A DNA stretch of 64,000 nt from Thioalkalivibrio sp. Its GTDB lineage: Bacteria > Pseudomonadota > Gammaproteobacteria > Ectothiorhodospirales > Ectothiorhodospiraceae. The stretch lies in NCBI GenBank assembly GCA_007116035.1, contig SKJG01000076.1, forward strand, positions 72,855-136,854, read 5' to 3'. Both the position numbers and the translations under genes were made by a program. Each line of letters begins with the position of its first letter. The first letter of the stretch is position 1. The notes under the pieces are model-generated. The model was not told the DNA's origin. It did no database searches and saw nothing but the letters and a program-made list of their open reading frames with translations. Of the stretch, positions 15,053-25,003 are shown piece by piece.

Positions 15053-16180
15053 TCAGGAACCGCCGCTGCTGCGCGGAGCTGAACCCTTGATCTCGGTGAA
15101 CGGGGGCAGCCCGGTGCTGACATCGGCATTCTGGGCCCGGTTGCGCAGGGCATGATCCATCAGGACCAGCGCCAGCATGGCCTCGGCGATTGGCGTGGCC
15201 CGAATGCCGACGCAGGGGTCGTGGCGCCCCTTGGTCACCACCTCGACCGGTTCACCCGCCGTGTTCACGCTGCGGCCCGGCAGACGGATGCTGGAAGTGG
15301 GCTTCAGGGCCATGCTGACGCGGATCGTCTGTCCCGATGAGATGCCGCCCAGCACACCGCCCGAGTGATTGCTCAGAAAACCCTCCGGGGACATCTCGTC
15401 CCGGTGCTCGGTGCCGCGCTGGTCGACCACGGCAAAGCCGTCCCCGATCTCCACGCCCTTGACCGCGTTGATGCTCATCATCGCGTGTGCGATGTCGGCG
15501 TCGAGACGGTCGAAGATCGGTTCGCCCCAGCCCGCAGGCACACCGCGGGCTTCGACCTCGATACGCGCCCCGACGGAATCGCCGGACTTGCGCAGCTGGT
15601 CCATGAAGGCCTCGAGTTCCGGCACCCGATCGGGGTCCGGGGCAAAGAAGGGGTTCTGTTCCACGGCGGCCGCATCCCGGTACTCGACCCGGATGGGCCC
15701 GAGTTGCGACAGCCAGCCCCGGATCTCGACACCATAGCGGTGCGCCAGATATCGCTTCGCGACACCGCCGGCCGCCACCCGCAACGCGGTCTCGCGTGCA
15801 GAACTGCGGCCGCCGCCCCGGTAATCCCGAAATCCGTATTTCTGGTGGTAGGTGTAATCGGCGTGGCCCGGACGGAAGCGGTCCTTGATGTCGCCGTAAT
15901 CCTTGGACCGCTGGTCGACGTTCTCGATCAATAAGCCGATCGGAGCGCCCGTGGTCAGGCCCTCGAACACGCCGGAGAGGATGCGGACCTGGTCCGGCTC
16001 GCGGCGCTGGGTGGTGTGGCGCGACTGCCCGGGGCGGCGGCGGTCCAGATCGCCTTGCAAATCCTCCTCGCTCAAAGGAAGACCCGGAGGGCAGCCGTCG
16101 ACAATGGCTCCCAGCGCCTGACCATGGCTCTCACCGAAAGTGGTGACGACGAATGACTGTCCAAAGCTGTTTCCCGACAT
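15053..16180 (-). CDS. aroC: Chorismate synthase
   Basis: Begins [20 protein letters not shown]. Contains RPGHADYTY and GRHDPCV motifs. Confidence 0.96.
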   Translation of the reverse strand: MSGNSFGQSFVVTTFGESHGQALGAIVDGCPPGLPLSEEDLQGDLDRRRPGQSRHTTQRREPDQVRILSGVFEGLTTGAPIGLLIENVDQRSKDYGDIKDRFRPGHADYTYHQKYGFRDYRGGGRSSARETALRVAAGGVAKRYLAHRYGVEIRGWLSQLGPIRVEYRDAAAVEQNPFFAPDPDRVPELEAFMDQLRKSGDSVGARIEVEARGVPAGWGEPIFDRLDADIAHAMMSINAVKGVEIGDGFAVVDQRGTEHRDEMSPEGFLSNHSGGVLGGISSGQTIRVSMALKPTSSIRLPGRSVNTAGEPVEVVTKGRHDPCVGIRATPIAEAMLALVLMDHALRNRAQNADVSTGLPPFTEIKGSAPRSSGGS

Positions 16181-16410
16181 CCGTGTAGTGTAGCCCGAGC
16201 CTGCCTGCGGTGGGTATTGTTCCGACTATCCTGCCCTGCGCGATGGTTTATCTTCCTGACCAATTTTCTCGCCCGCTTCGATCCCGAGATACGCGGCGAG
16301 GAATCGGCGAAAGCCCGGTGCAATCGTTTTCGCAAACGAACGGCGTATCATGAAAGGTAGCTGACCGTGCCCCGGAGAGACGCCGTCTTCACGGGCCGGA
16401 AGGAGGTGTC

Positions 16411-18465
16411 ATGTCCGGTACCGGGCAACACGCAGGGTTTTCACCAGCCAACCTTCCAGACCACGACCTGTCGCGGATGCTCCTCGACAGCCTTACAACG
16501 GGCGTCTTCGGCATCGACCTCGCAGGCAGGTTCACCTTCCTGAATCAGGCCGCCACACGGCTGTTCGGCTTCGACACCGCAGAGGCCGTTCTGGGCAAGG
16601 AGAGCCACTCCGTGACCTGCCATGCCAACGATCTCGGGATCCGTTACGAGGGTTCGGAGTGTCCGATCTATCGCGTGATGTCCACCGGCAAATCACTGGA
16701 GAGCGGCACGGACACTTTTCGACGTGTCGACGGCAGCCCTTTCTTCGCACATCTGCACGCGGCACCGCTGAGGGACGGCGATGGCGAGGTCTGTGGCGCG
16801 GTCGTGGCCATCGAGGACATCACCGAGCGCCTCTTCCGGGAACGCACACTGGCCCAGTACAAGGCCGTGTTCGAGGCCGCCCGCGATGCGATCGTACTGC
16901 ACGACCAGCGCGTCATCGTGCACTGCAATCCTTCCAGCGTTGCCCTGTTTGGCGCCCACGCGCCAACCGATCTGATCGGCCGCCATCCCGGCGGCTGCTC
17001 GCCGGAATTCCAGCCCGATGGGAGACCCTCGCGGGAGGCCGCGGATGCCTATACGAAACAGGCGCTGGCGGAAGGTTCGGTGGCGTACGAATGGCTTTGT
17101 CAGGCGCTCGACGGACGCACCTTTCCGAGCGAGGTGATGCTCAGTCGGGTCGATATTCCCGAGGGTCCGATCCTGCAGGCGGTGATCCGCGACATCACGG
17201 ACAGGCAGAGGGCCGAACGGGCACTGCGCCGCAGCGAGTCCGAACTGGCTGCCGCGCAGGAGATCGCGCAACTCGGCAACTGGGCCTGGGACATCGCCAG
17301 CGGAACGATCGCCTGGTCGGATGAAGTCTACCGCATCTTCGGAGTACAACCCGCCAACTTCAGCCCGAATTACAGTGACTTTCTGCGTTTCGTTCATCCG
17401 TCGGACCGGGAACGGATCACCACCGCGATCGACCATGCACTCAGCGGTCCGGGTGACTACGACCTCGAACACCGCATCCTTCGCGCCGATGGCAGCCAGC
17501 GCACGATTCATCAACGGGGCCGGATCGTGCGCGACCCAACGGGAAGGCCATTGCGCATGCGGGGCACCGTCCAGGACGTGACCGAACGCCGGATCCTGGA
17601 AGACCAGCTTCGTTACGAGCGCGATCTCGGGGAGCGGGTCCTCGAGGGGCTGCCCGCGATCTTCTTCCTCCTCGATGCGGGAGGACGCCCGATCCGCTGG
17701 AACCGGAATCTCGAAACGGTCATCGGCGTACCCGCCGACGGGATCGGCGGACACAGGGCCATCGAAGCCGTCGATCCGGCCGACCGGCACCGGGTTGCCG
17801 CAGCGATCCAGAAAACATTGCGCGAGGGGTCGGGCGATGTCGAGGCGGGGCTCGTGTCGCACAACGGCTGGCCGATCCCGTATTACTTCACGGGCAATCG
17901 GGTCGAGCTGGCCAACGAGGTCTTCCTGGTCGGCTTTGGAGTCGATCTCTCGGAGCGCAGGCGCCTGGAGTTGGAGTTGGCACGCCAGGCCTCGCACGAC
18001 AGGCTAACCGGCCTCTACAATCGCTGGAAGTTCGAAGAGGCCCTGAACCTGGAGACGGAGCGCGCCCGTCGCTACGGAACGGCGTTTTCCCTGGTCATGT
18101 TCGACATCGACTGGTTCAAGGAGGTCAACGACACCTTCGGGCACGACGTCGGAGACGCGGTACTCCAGAAAATGGCCGCGGTGGTGGGTCAGCAGATCCG
18201 CCGCACCGATATACTGGCGCGGTGGGGCGGTGAGGAATTCATGATCCTGCTGTCGGAGACCGGCCTGGAGCACGCGACACGGCTCGCGGAGGCCACGCGT
18301 CGCCGGGTGGCGCAGGCGGACTTTCCCGGCCCGGCCCGACTGACGATCAGTCTCGGGGTTACGCAATACCTGCAGGGTGAAACGATATCCACCCTGCTCA
18401 AGCGCGTGGACAAGGCGATGTACGAGGCCAAGCAGCGCGGACGCGACCGCACCGTCGCAACATGA
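16411..18465 (+). CDS. Multi-PAS/PAC sensor diguanylate cyclase (GGDEF)
   Basis: 684 aa with a GGAGG RBS. It has repeated PAS/PAC-like blocks and a C-terminal DRLTGLYNR...RRTDILARWGGEEF, i.e. an intact GGEEF with an RxxD I-site. Confidence 0.9.
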   Translation: MSGTGQHAGFSPANLPDHDLSRMLLDSLTTGVFGIDLAGRFTFLNQAATRLFGFDTAEAVLGKESHSVTCHANDLGIRYEGSECPIYRVMSTGKSLESGTDTFRRVDGSPFFAHLHAAPLRDGDGEVCGAVVAIEDITERLFRERTLAQYKAVFEAARDAIVLHDQRVIVHCNPSSVALFGAHAPTDLIGRHPGGCSPEFQPDGRPSREAADAYTKQALAEGSVAYEWLCQALDGRTFPSEVMLSRVDIPEGPILQAVIRDITDRQRAERALRRSESELAAAQEIAQLGNWAWDIASGTIAWSDEVYRIFGVQPANFSPNYSDFLRFVHPSDRERITTAIDHALSGPGDYDLEHRILRADGSQRTIHQRGRIVRDPTGRPLRMRGTVQDVTERRILEDQLRYERDLGERVLEGLPAIFFLLDAGGRPIRWNRNLETVIGVPADGIGGHRAIEAVDPADRHRVAAAIQKTLREGSGDVEAGLVSHNGWPIPYYFTGNRVELANEVFLVGFGVDLSERRRLELELARQASHDRLTGLYNRWKFEEALNLETERARRYGTAFSLVMFDIDWFKEVNDTFGHDVGDAVLQKMAAVVGQQIRRTDILARWGGEEFMILLSETGLEHATRLAEATRRRVAQADFPGPARLTISLGVTQYLQGETISTLLKRVDKAMYEAKQRGRDRTVAT

Positions 18466-18553
18466 GAGAACAGCTGAAGCGGGTTGTTCTTCCCGCGCCG
18501 GCCATACAGCCTGGCCCGTGCCGCCGCTTCATGGACACCAACGAGGGACCGCG

Positions 18554-18979
18554 ATGACTGCACCACTCCCCAGAAGAGTCACGCCGCAGCAGGCCTTCCA
18601 AAGTCTCGAGAAACGCCCAAGGGATCTCCTCGTGGATATCCGCTCGAGCATGGAGTACCTGTTCGTGGGCCATCCCGTCGGAGCGGTGCACATCCCGTGG
18701 ATCGATGAACCGGATTGGGTGGAGAACCCGCATTTCGTTGCCCAGGTCCGCAAACTGCTCCTGGGCGGCATCGGTGACGAAGGTGAGGACGCCCCGGCCG
18801 TATTCCTGATTTGCCGGAGTGGGAAACGGTCACTGGCTGCCGGACAGGCCCTGATCGCGGAGGGGATCGAAAACGTCTATTCCGTCGACGAGGGGTTCGA
18901 GGGGCCGTTGGACAGCGAGCACCGTCGTTCCACGACTGCGGGCTGGCGCTTTCATGGCCTGCCTTGGGAACAGTGCTGA
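18554..18979 (+). CDS. Rhodanese-like sulfurtransferase domain protein
   Basis: 141 aa with the active-site loop CRSGKRS and the terminal GWRFHGLPWEQ typical of small rhodaneses. Confidence 0.8.
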   Translation: MTAPLPRRVTPQQAFQSLEKRPRDLLVDIRSSMEYLFVGHPVGAVHIPWIDEPDWVENPHFVAQVRKLLLGGIGDEGEDAPAVFLICRSGKRSLAAGQALIAEGIENVYSVDEGFEGPLDSEHRRSTTAGWRFHGLPWEQC

Positions 18980-18980
18980 G

Positions 18981-19874
18981 TCACTGCCCAGGCAGTTGGT
19001 CTCGCGTCAACAGAAAGACGCCCTCGCCGCCGCCGACGAACTCCAGCCAGGTGAAGGGTAGCTCCGGGAAGGCCGCCTCCAGCGCCGGTTGACTGTTCCC
19101 GACCTCGACGATCAACACGCCGCCTGCATTCAGACGAGCCTTGGCCCCGGCGAGTATGCGCCTGACGATGTCCAGGCCGTCCGCCCCGGCCGCAAGCCCC
19201 AGCGAGGGTTCGTGCCGGTACTCGGGCGCGAGTGCCGCCATCTCGCCCGCATCGACGTACGGCGGATTGGAGACGATCAGGTCGAACCTGGGCGCGTCGG
19301 CGAGACCCTCGAAGACATCGCTGACGACCAGCGTGACGCGCTGTTCCAGGTGATGCTCCCGCACGTTGCGACGCGCCACCGCCAGTGCATCGGGCGACAG
19401 GTCGGAGAGCCAGACCTCGGCCTCGGGTAGTACCGTGGCCGTGGCGAGACCGATGCAGCCGCTACCGGTACAGAGGTCCAGCACTCTGCCGATGGCACCG
19501 GGGTCGAGCCATGGGCTGAAACCCATGTCGATCAACTCGGCGATCGGCGAACGCGGGATCAGTACGCGTTCGTCCACGTAGAACGGCAGGCCCATGAACC
19601 AGGCCTCGCGTGTGACGTAGGCGGCGGGCTTGCGGGTCGTGATCCGCATGCGTAGGGCGGCCTCGACCCGGTGTCGCTCGGCGGGAACGAGGCGACTGTT
19701 CCACCAGGTCTCCGGTAGGTCCAGGGGCAGGTCCAGCGCATGCAGCACCAGCCAGGCCGCCTCGTCGATCGCGTTATCCGTACCATGCCCGAAACCGAGC
19801 CCTGCGGCCCGGAACTGGCTGGCCCCAAAACGAATGAAATCGCGGATCGTCCGCAGATCGGTGACCGGATCCAT
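18981..19874 (-). CDS. prmB: 50S ribosomal protein L3 glutamine methyltransferase
   Basis: Internal start MDPVTDLRTIRDFIRFGASQF. Contains DLCTGSGCIG and the NPPY motif (SNPPYV). Confidence 0.88.
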   Translation of the reverse strand: MDPVTDLRTIRDFIRFGASQFRAAGLGFGHGTDNAIDEAAWLVLHALDLPLDLPETWWNSRLVPAERHRVEAALRMRITTRKPAAYVTREAWFMGLPFYVDERVLIPRSPIAELIDMGFSPWLDPGAIGRVLDLCTGSGCIGLATATVLPEAEVWLSDLSPDALAVARRNVREHHLEQRVTLVVSDVFEGLADAPRFDLIVSNPPYVDAGEMAALAPEYRHEPSLGLAAGADGLDIVRRILAGAKARLNAGGVLIVEVGNSQPALEAAFPELPFTWLEFVGGGEGVFLLTRDQLPGQ

Positions 19875-20072
19875 GATAGGAGCCTTGCAAAGAGGTTGCC
19901 GGAACCCGCGCTGCCAGCCTCGGGCATCCGCGCCCGGGGCCCGCTCGCTGGCGTCGCGGCGCGAATTCCCGCACTCTACAACAATCCGATCCCAGGGTGC
20001 GCGACCGCTCTCAGGGGCTAGTACCATCCAGTATTCACACCCTAGTAAATCGCATCTATGGAACTAAATCGT

Positions 20073-20081
20073 TGGTATAAT
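20073..20081 (+). promoter_or_regulatory. Candidate extended -10 promoter (TGgTATAAT) for FimX-like gene 1
   Basis: A perfect TATAAT at 20076-20081 is preceded by TGn, inside an AT-rich island. There is no convincing -35. It implies a 5' UTR of roughly 110 nt. Confidence 0.3.
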
Positions 20082-20202
20082 CTGTTGCAGGGGTGGCCTG
20101 GACCCGAACAAGGGGGCAGGCGCTGCCAGCATGGCGATTGGTTGATGCGCAGCGAGGTGGAGGTCGCACCCGTGCGGCTGGCACCGAGCCGCGAGGGCAT
20201 CC

Positions 20203-22431
20203 ATGATCAATTCGATTAGCGTTCTGTTCATCACCCTGGATCCCGATCTGGCCGGGCAGGTCATCGGCCGCATCCGCTACCGGGGCCACGCGGTCCGGCC
20301 GAAACAGGCCGGCAACGCACGGGACCTCGAGCGTCTGTTGCAGAGCCATCGCTTCGATGCCGTCGTGCTGATCGACGGCGATATGGACATCGGGCTGGAG
20401 GAACTGACCGAGACCCTGCACCGGGCCGGGCGTCAGACCCCCATCGTGATGCTGACCGACCGCGCACAGGAACTGCGCCTGAGCGCGGTCGAAGGCGGCG
20501 CCTTCGCGGTGGTGGACACCGAGAATCACGACGTGGCGGCGGCGATGACGCTGAAGGCCGTCGAGTACCTCAACAAGGGTCGAGAGATCAACCATCTCCG
20601 GACACTGCTGCAGGAAGCAGACCGGCGTTACCTGCTGATGCTGGACAGTTCCCGCTACCCGATCGCCTGTTTTCACGAGGGCGTCGCGACCTATGCGAAC
20701 GACACGTGGCGGAATTGCTTCGAAATGGAACTCAGCGAGAGCCTGGACCGGCTGACCCTCCAGGACCTCGTGATCCCCGATCAGCATGAAGACCTCGCCC
20801 ACCTCCTGCGCATTCGTCAGAACCAACCCGAAAACGTGGAGACCTGCGAGACGCTGACCCTGCGGACCCGTCGCGGACAGACCTTCGACGCCGACCTGCT
20901 CCTGACTGGAGCCGTCATCGGGGGGCAACCCTGTACTGTCGTACACCTCTCGTTTACGGGAGGAGAACCCGCACTCCAGGAACTGAACGGTCCTGCCATG
21001 AAGCCGCTCGGCCATGACCGCAGTCCAGGTCCACCCTCCGGATCGGAAGGGCATACCACGCCGCGAACGGACACGGGAGCCGCACGCGCAAGGCCCAGCG
21101 AAGGGGCCAGGCGCGACGAGCCGGCAAAGCCAGAGGACAGGGCCCAAGTGCCCCGCCCACCGGATGAGCCGCGCGTGGATCCAGCCGAGCTGCAACGGGA
21201 ATTCCTCCGGGCAGTCGAAAGGACCCTGGCAGACACCGCCCGCTCGGAGCGTCCGCTCGGTCTCGTGGTGTGCGCGCTGGATACCCGTGACAGGCAGCCG
21301 GGGGACTCGCCCGACGCCCTTGGCAGCGCACTTCAGCGCAGCCTGGCGATGACCCTTCCCCGCTCCGCAACCGTTGCCGTCCTGGAGAGGGGCCACTGCG
21401 GAATCCTTCTGGCCGACACCAACCGCACGGCGGTCGAAGCGCAGCTTGACACCCTGGTGAAGCAGGTCCAGGGGCAGGCGATCCCCCTCGACGATGGCGG
21501 CACGGTCACCGGCTCCCTGGCCTGCGGCGCCGTGCTGGCGGACGACACGGAGTCCTCCGCGCAGGAACTGCTGGACCGGTGCCATCAGGCGCTTGCCGAG
21601 GCCCGTGCCAGCGGTGGCGGCTGTTACCGTTTCCGCATGCCGCCCGGCATCCAGCAAAGCGATCCCGAAGCCGACGGGATCTGGAAGACCCGCGTCGAGG
21701 AAGCGTTGCAGAAGAACGGCTTGAAGCTCCTGTATCAGCCCATTGTCAGCCTGCAGGGGGACGACGCCCCGCGATACGACGTCTTCGTCCGCCTCGAGAC
21801 CGAGGGTGGGGAGGCCTACGAGCCCAACGAGTTTCTGCCCGCGATGGAACGCAGCGGCGTCGCAGCCCCGCTCGATCGATGGATCATTCAGCACGCGGTC
21901 ATCGCATTGTCCGAGCAGTTGCAGCGCGACCCGCGCACCACCTTTTTCGTCAGGCTCAGCCAGGGGTCCCTGGACGCACAGGCGGTCGTGACCTGGCTGC
22001 AGGAGTTCCTCGAGCATTCCCAGGTTCCAGCGGGGAACATCGTCGTGGAATTCAAGGAAGCGACGATACTGACGCAGCTGGACAGCGCGGGGGCGACGGC
22101 CCAGGGCCTGAAGGCGCTGGGCGTGGGACTCTGCATCGGGGACTTCGGCAACGGGCTTGATCCGTTCACGATTCTGGGGCAGGTGGATGCGGGGTACATC
22201 AAGCTCGACGGTGGCTATATCAGCCGCCTGGCCAGCGACCATTCCGCGCAGGAATCCGTGCGGCAACTCACCGAGACCGCCCATGCGAGCGACCGGCAGG
22301 TCATCGTCCCGATGGTCGAGGACGCCGATACCCTGACCCACCTGTTCAGTGTGCAGGTGAACCTGGTGCAGGGATACTTCGTGCAGCCGCCCAGTGAGCA
22401 GCTGGATTTCGACTTCGCAAGCGGGCTCTAA
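20203..22431 (+). CDS. FimX-like c-di-GMP sensor: REC-like / PAS / degenerate GGDEF / degenerate EAL
   Basis: 742 aa. The GGDEF position reads ERGHC (21385-21399). The EAL position reads DVF (21778-21786). Other EAL-fold signatures are kept: YQPIV, DRWI, GDFGNG, IKLDG, VQGYF. Confidence 0.85.
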   Translation: MINSISVLFITLDPDLAGQVIGRIRYRGHAVRPKQAGNARDLERLLQSHRFDAVVLIDGDMDIGLEELTETLHRAGRQTPIVMLTDRAQELRLSAVEGGAFAVVDTENHDVAAAMTLKAVEYLNKGREINHLRTLLQEADRRYLLMLDSSRYPIACFHEGVATYANDTWRNCFEMELSESLDRLTLQDLVIPDQHEDLAHLLRIRQNQPENVETCETLTLRTRRGQTFDADLLLTGAVIGGQPCTVVHLSFTGGEPALQELNGPAMKPLGHDRSPGPPSGSEGHTTPRTDTGAARARPSEGARRDEPAKPEDRAQVPRPPDEPRVDPAELQREFLRAVERTLADTARSERPLGLVVCALDTRDRQPGDSPDALGSALQRSLAMTLPRSATVAVLERGHCGILLADTNRTAVEAQLDTLVKQVQGQAIPLDDGGTVTGSLACGAVLADDTESSAQELLDRCHQALAEARASGGGCYRFRMPPGIQQSDPEADGIWKTRVEEALQKNGLKLLYQPIVSLQGDDAPRYDVFVRLETEGGEAYEPNEFLPAMERSGVAAPLDRWIIQHAVIALSEQLQRDPRTTFFVRLSQGSLDAQAVVTWLQEFLEHSQVPAGNIVVEFKEATILTQLDSAGATAQGLKALGVGLCIGDFGNGLDPFTILGQVDAGYIKLDGGYISRLASDHSAQESVRQLTETAHASDRQVIVPMVEDADTLTHLFSVQVNLVQGYFVQPPSEQLDFDFASGL

Positions 22432-22464
22432 GCCTGCCCGCCGCATTCCGTTCACGGATCTTCA

Positions 22465-23340
22465 ATGGCCATCCTCGACGCGCTCCTCGCACAACTGCTC
22501 AGGCTGCTTCCGCATCATGCCATTTCCAGGCTCGCGCACCGGCTCGCCCGTTGGGAGTCGCCGCGGGTCCAGCCACTGTTACGCTGGTTCATCAGGCAGT
22601 ATGGCCTGGACATGAGCGAAGCCGTGGAACCGGATCCTGCGGCCTACCCCAGCTTCAACGCGCTCTTCACCCGGGCGTTGCGCGCCGACGCCCGACCGCT
22701 CGAGGGCGACGAAAAAAGCATCCTGAGCCCCGCGGACTCCAGGGTCAGCGCCTTCGGGCCGATCGAGCACGGCCAGATCTTTCAGGCCAAGGGACACAGC
22801 TACACCGTAACCGAACTGCTGGGGGGCTTCGCCGACCTGGCCCGACCCTTTGCCCGCGGGTCGTTCCTGACCGTCTACCTGTCGCCGCGCGACTACCACC
22901 GGCTGCACATGCCGGTTTCAGGCCGCCTGACCACGATGCTGCACATCCCCGGTCGGCTCTTTTCGGTCGCCCCGCGGATCGTCGCCCACACGCCGCGCCT
23001 GTATGCCCGGAACGAGCGCGTGGTGGCCCTTTTCGACACTGCGATCGGTCCCGTCGCCATGGCACTGATCGGCGCGATCAATGTCGGGTCGATCGAGACC
23101 GTCTGGGCCGGCGAGATCACCCCACCCTCAGGCCGGGTCATCACCCGTACCGATTACGGCGATCAGGAGATCCGCCTGCAGCGCGGAGCCGAAATGGGGC
23201 GTTTCAATCTGGGCTCCTCGGTGGTGCTGCTGATGCCCGACCATCCCGTGCACTTCGACGCGGCGCTCGCCCCCGAGACTTTCGTGCGGTTTCGTCAGGA
23301 GATCGCGCGGATCGTGTCCGAGTCAGCCATGCGGACTTAG
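22465..23340 (+). CDS. psd: Phosphatidylserine decarboxylase proenzyme
   Basis: 291 aa with YLSPRDYHRLHMP and the self-cleavage site FNLGSSVV. Confidence 0.92.
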   Translation: MAILDALLAQLLRLLPHHAISRLAHRLARWESPRVQPLLRWFIRQYGLDMSEAVEPDPAAYPSFNALFTRALRADARPLEGDEKSILSPADSRVSAFGPIEHGQIFQAKGHSYTVTELLGGFADLARPFARGSFLTVYLSPRDYHRLHMPVSGRLTTMLHIPGRLFSVAPRIVAHTPRLYARNERVVALFDTAIGPVAMALIGAINVGSIETVWAGEITPPSGRVITRTDYGDQEIRLQRGAEMGRFNLGSSVVLLMPDHPVHFDAALAPETFVRFRQEIARIVSESAMRT

Positions 23341-23351
23341 GCTGCCCCTTG

Positions 23352-24371
23352 TCAGGCGCGGCCCCAGGGGAAGTCGATGACGCGGGCGATATCCGCTTCT
23401 CCGAGCAGACACATCAGCAGACGATCGACCCCCAGCGCCACACCGGCGCAGTCGGGCAACCCGGACGCCATCGCGGAGGCAAAGAAACGGTCGGCCTCCG
23501 GGATCGTCTGGCGGTTGCGCCGTCGGCGTTCGAGATCCTGGCCCTGCCGGGCGGAGAAGATCACGGGGTCGTTCAGTTCGTGGAAGCCGTTGGCCAACTC
23601 CAGGTCACCCCAGTACAGTTCGAACCGGCTCGCGTAGCCCGGGGCGTGTGCGCTGGGCCGAGCCAACACCGCCTGGCTCTCCGGATAATCGAAGACAAAG
23701 GTCAGCTGCCCGGGCGCGAAGCGCGGCGCCAGCACCATTGCCATCAGCGCATCGAGCCAACCGTCGCGATCGAGTTGCCCGGTCATGCCAAGACCCTCGC
23801 GTTGCGCGGCGACCGCGCATTCCTCAGCGCTGCAGGTCAGCGGGTTCAGGCCCAGCGCTTCCTGGAACAGGTCTGCGTAGGCCACCCGCCGTACCGACGC
23901 CGCGGGCCGGTTCCAGTCCGGATCCGCGGCTACCACCGCGTGCACCAGCTCGAGCACCTCGTCCATCAGGCGCCGATCGTCGAAGTCCAGCCGATACCAT
24001 TCGAGCATGCTGAACTCGGGGTTGTGCCGGACGCCCGTCTCCTCGCCGCGGAAGACCCGGGCCAACTGAAAGATGTCGCCGGCACCATCGGCGAGCAGGC
24101 GCTTCATCGGGTACTCGGGAGATGTCTGCAGGTAGCCGGCAGCTCCGTCCGGAGCCCGCGCCCGCCAACTCTCGACGCCGGGATCCAGTGGCGCTCCCCT
24201 GGCGAGGATCGGCGTCTCCACCTCGAGGACGCCCCGTCCGGCGAGGAACCCCCGCAGTGCGGCGTTGAGGCGAGCGCGATAAACCCGGGCCTGCGTGGCA
24301 CAGGGACGCCAGGTCGCTACCGCCGTTTCAGACACCCGCAACCCCTGGCTGGGTCCGGGCCGGCGGGCCAT
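23352..24371 (-). CDS. epmA: EF-P lysine-34 lysyltransferase EpmA (PoxA/GenX)
   Basis: Class II aaRS-like core: GVLEVETP, TSPEYPMKRLL, FRGEE, NPEFSMLEWY, ELANGFHEL, GVALGVDRL. ATG 24371 overlaps the efp stop by 1 nt. GTG 24335 (VSETAVATW) aligns better with the E. coli N-terminus. Confidence 0.9.
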   Translation of the reverse strand: MARRPGPSQGLRVSETAVATWRPCATQARVYRARLNAALRGFLAGRGVLEVETPILARGAPLDPGVESWRARAPDGAAGYLQTSPEYPMKRLLADGAGDIFQLARVFRGEETGVRHNPEFSMLEWYRLDFDDRRLMDEVLELVHAVVAADPDWNRPAASVRRVAYADLFQEALGLNPLTCSAEECAVAAQREGLGMTGQLDRDGWLDALMAMVLAPRFAPGQLTFVFDYPESQAVLARPSAHAPGYASRFELYWGDLELANGFHELNDPVIFSARQGQDLERRRRNRQTIPEADRFFASAMASGLPDCAGVALGVDRLLMCLLGEADIARVIDFPWGRA

Positions 24372-24934
24372 CAGACGCGGGAGACGTATTCACCCGAACG
24401 GGTATCGACCTTGACCACCTCACCTTCCTCGACGAACAGCGGCACCTTGACCACGGCGCCGGTCTCCAGGGTTGCCGGCTTGGTCCCTCCCTGGGCGGTA
24501 TCGCCGCGCAGTCCGGGGTCACACTGGACGATTTTCAACTCGACGAAATTGGGGGGTGTCACGGAGAGCGGTTCGCCGTTCCACAATGTCACCGTGCAGA
24601 CATCCTGTTCCTTCAACCACTGCGCCGAATCGCCCAGCGCCGCCTGTCCCATCGCATATTGCTCGAAGGTATCCGGGACCATGAAGTGCCAGAATTCCCC
24701 GTCGGTGTAGAGATACTGCATGTCGGTGTCCATCACATCGGCCGCCTCGACCGACTCGCCCGATTTGAAGGTCTTTTCCAACACGCGGCCGGTGCGCAGG
24801 TTACGTACCCGGACCCGGCTGAAGGCCTGCCCCTTGCCCGGTTTCACGAACTCGTTCTCGACGATGGTCTGCGGATCGCCGTCGAGTAGAATCTTCAGTC
24901 CGCTCTTGAATTCGCTGGTACTGTAACTTGCCAT
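24371..24934 (-). CDS. efp: Elongation factor P
   Basis: 187 aa, beginning [21 protein letters not shown], with VKPGKGQAF that places Lys34 in the EpmA-type loop. Confidence 0.96.
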   Translation of the reverse strand: MASYSTSEFKSGLKILLDGDPQTIVENEFVKPGKGQAFSRVRVRNLRTGRVLEKTFKSGESVEAADVMDTDMQYLYTDGEFWHFMVPDTFEQYAMGQAALGDSAQWLKEQDVCTVTLWNGEPLSVTPPNFVELKIVQCDPGLRGDTAQGGTKPATLETGAVVKVPLFVEEGEVVKVDTRSGEYVSRV

Positions 24935-25003
24935 GTCGTGTCGTCCTCGCGGCGGCCCCGCCGCCTGAAAATCAAAGAAGAGTGGCCGGTCAACGAGGTA
25001 ACC

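Noticed and set aside
20090-20202. Checked the ~110-nt leader of FimX-like gene 1, and leaders of the other c-di-GMP genes, for a c-di-GMP riboswitch
   Set aside because: No ACGCAAAGC-type GEMM-I core or tetraloop/receptor arrangement is visible. A covariance-model scan (Rfam RF01051/RF01786) would be needed for a definitive no.
20056-22455. 799-aa ORF antisense to FimX-like gene 1, longer than the gene I called
   Set aside because: The plus-strand product has ordered REC/PAS/GGDEF-like/EAL-like motifs and a paralog at 28265-30337. The minus-strand product has none and runs through the AT-rich promoter region.
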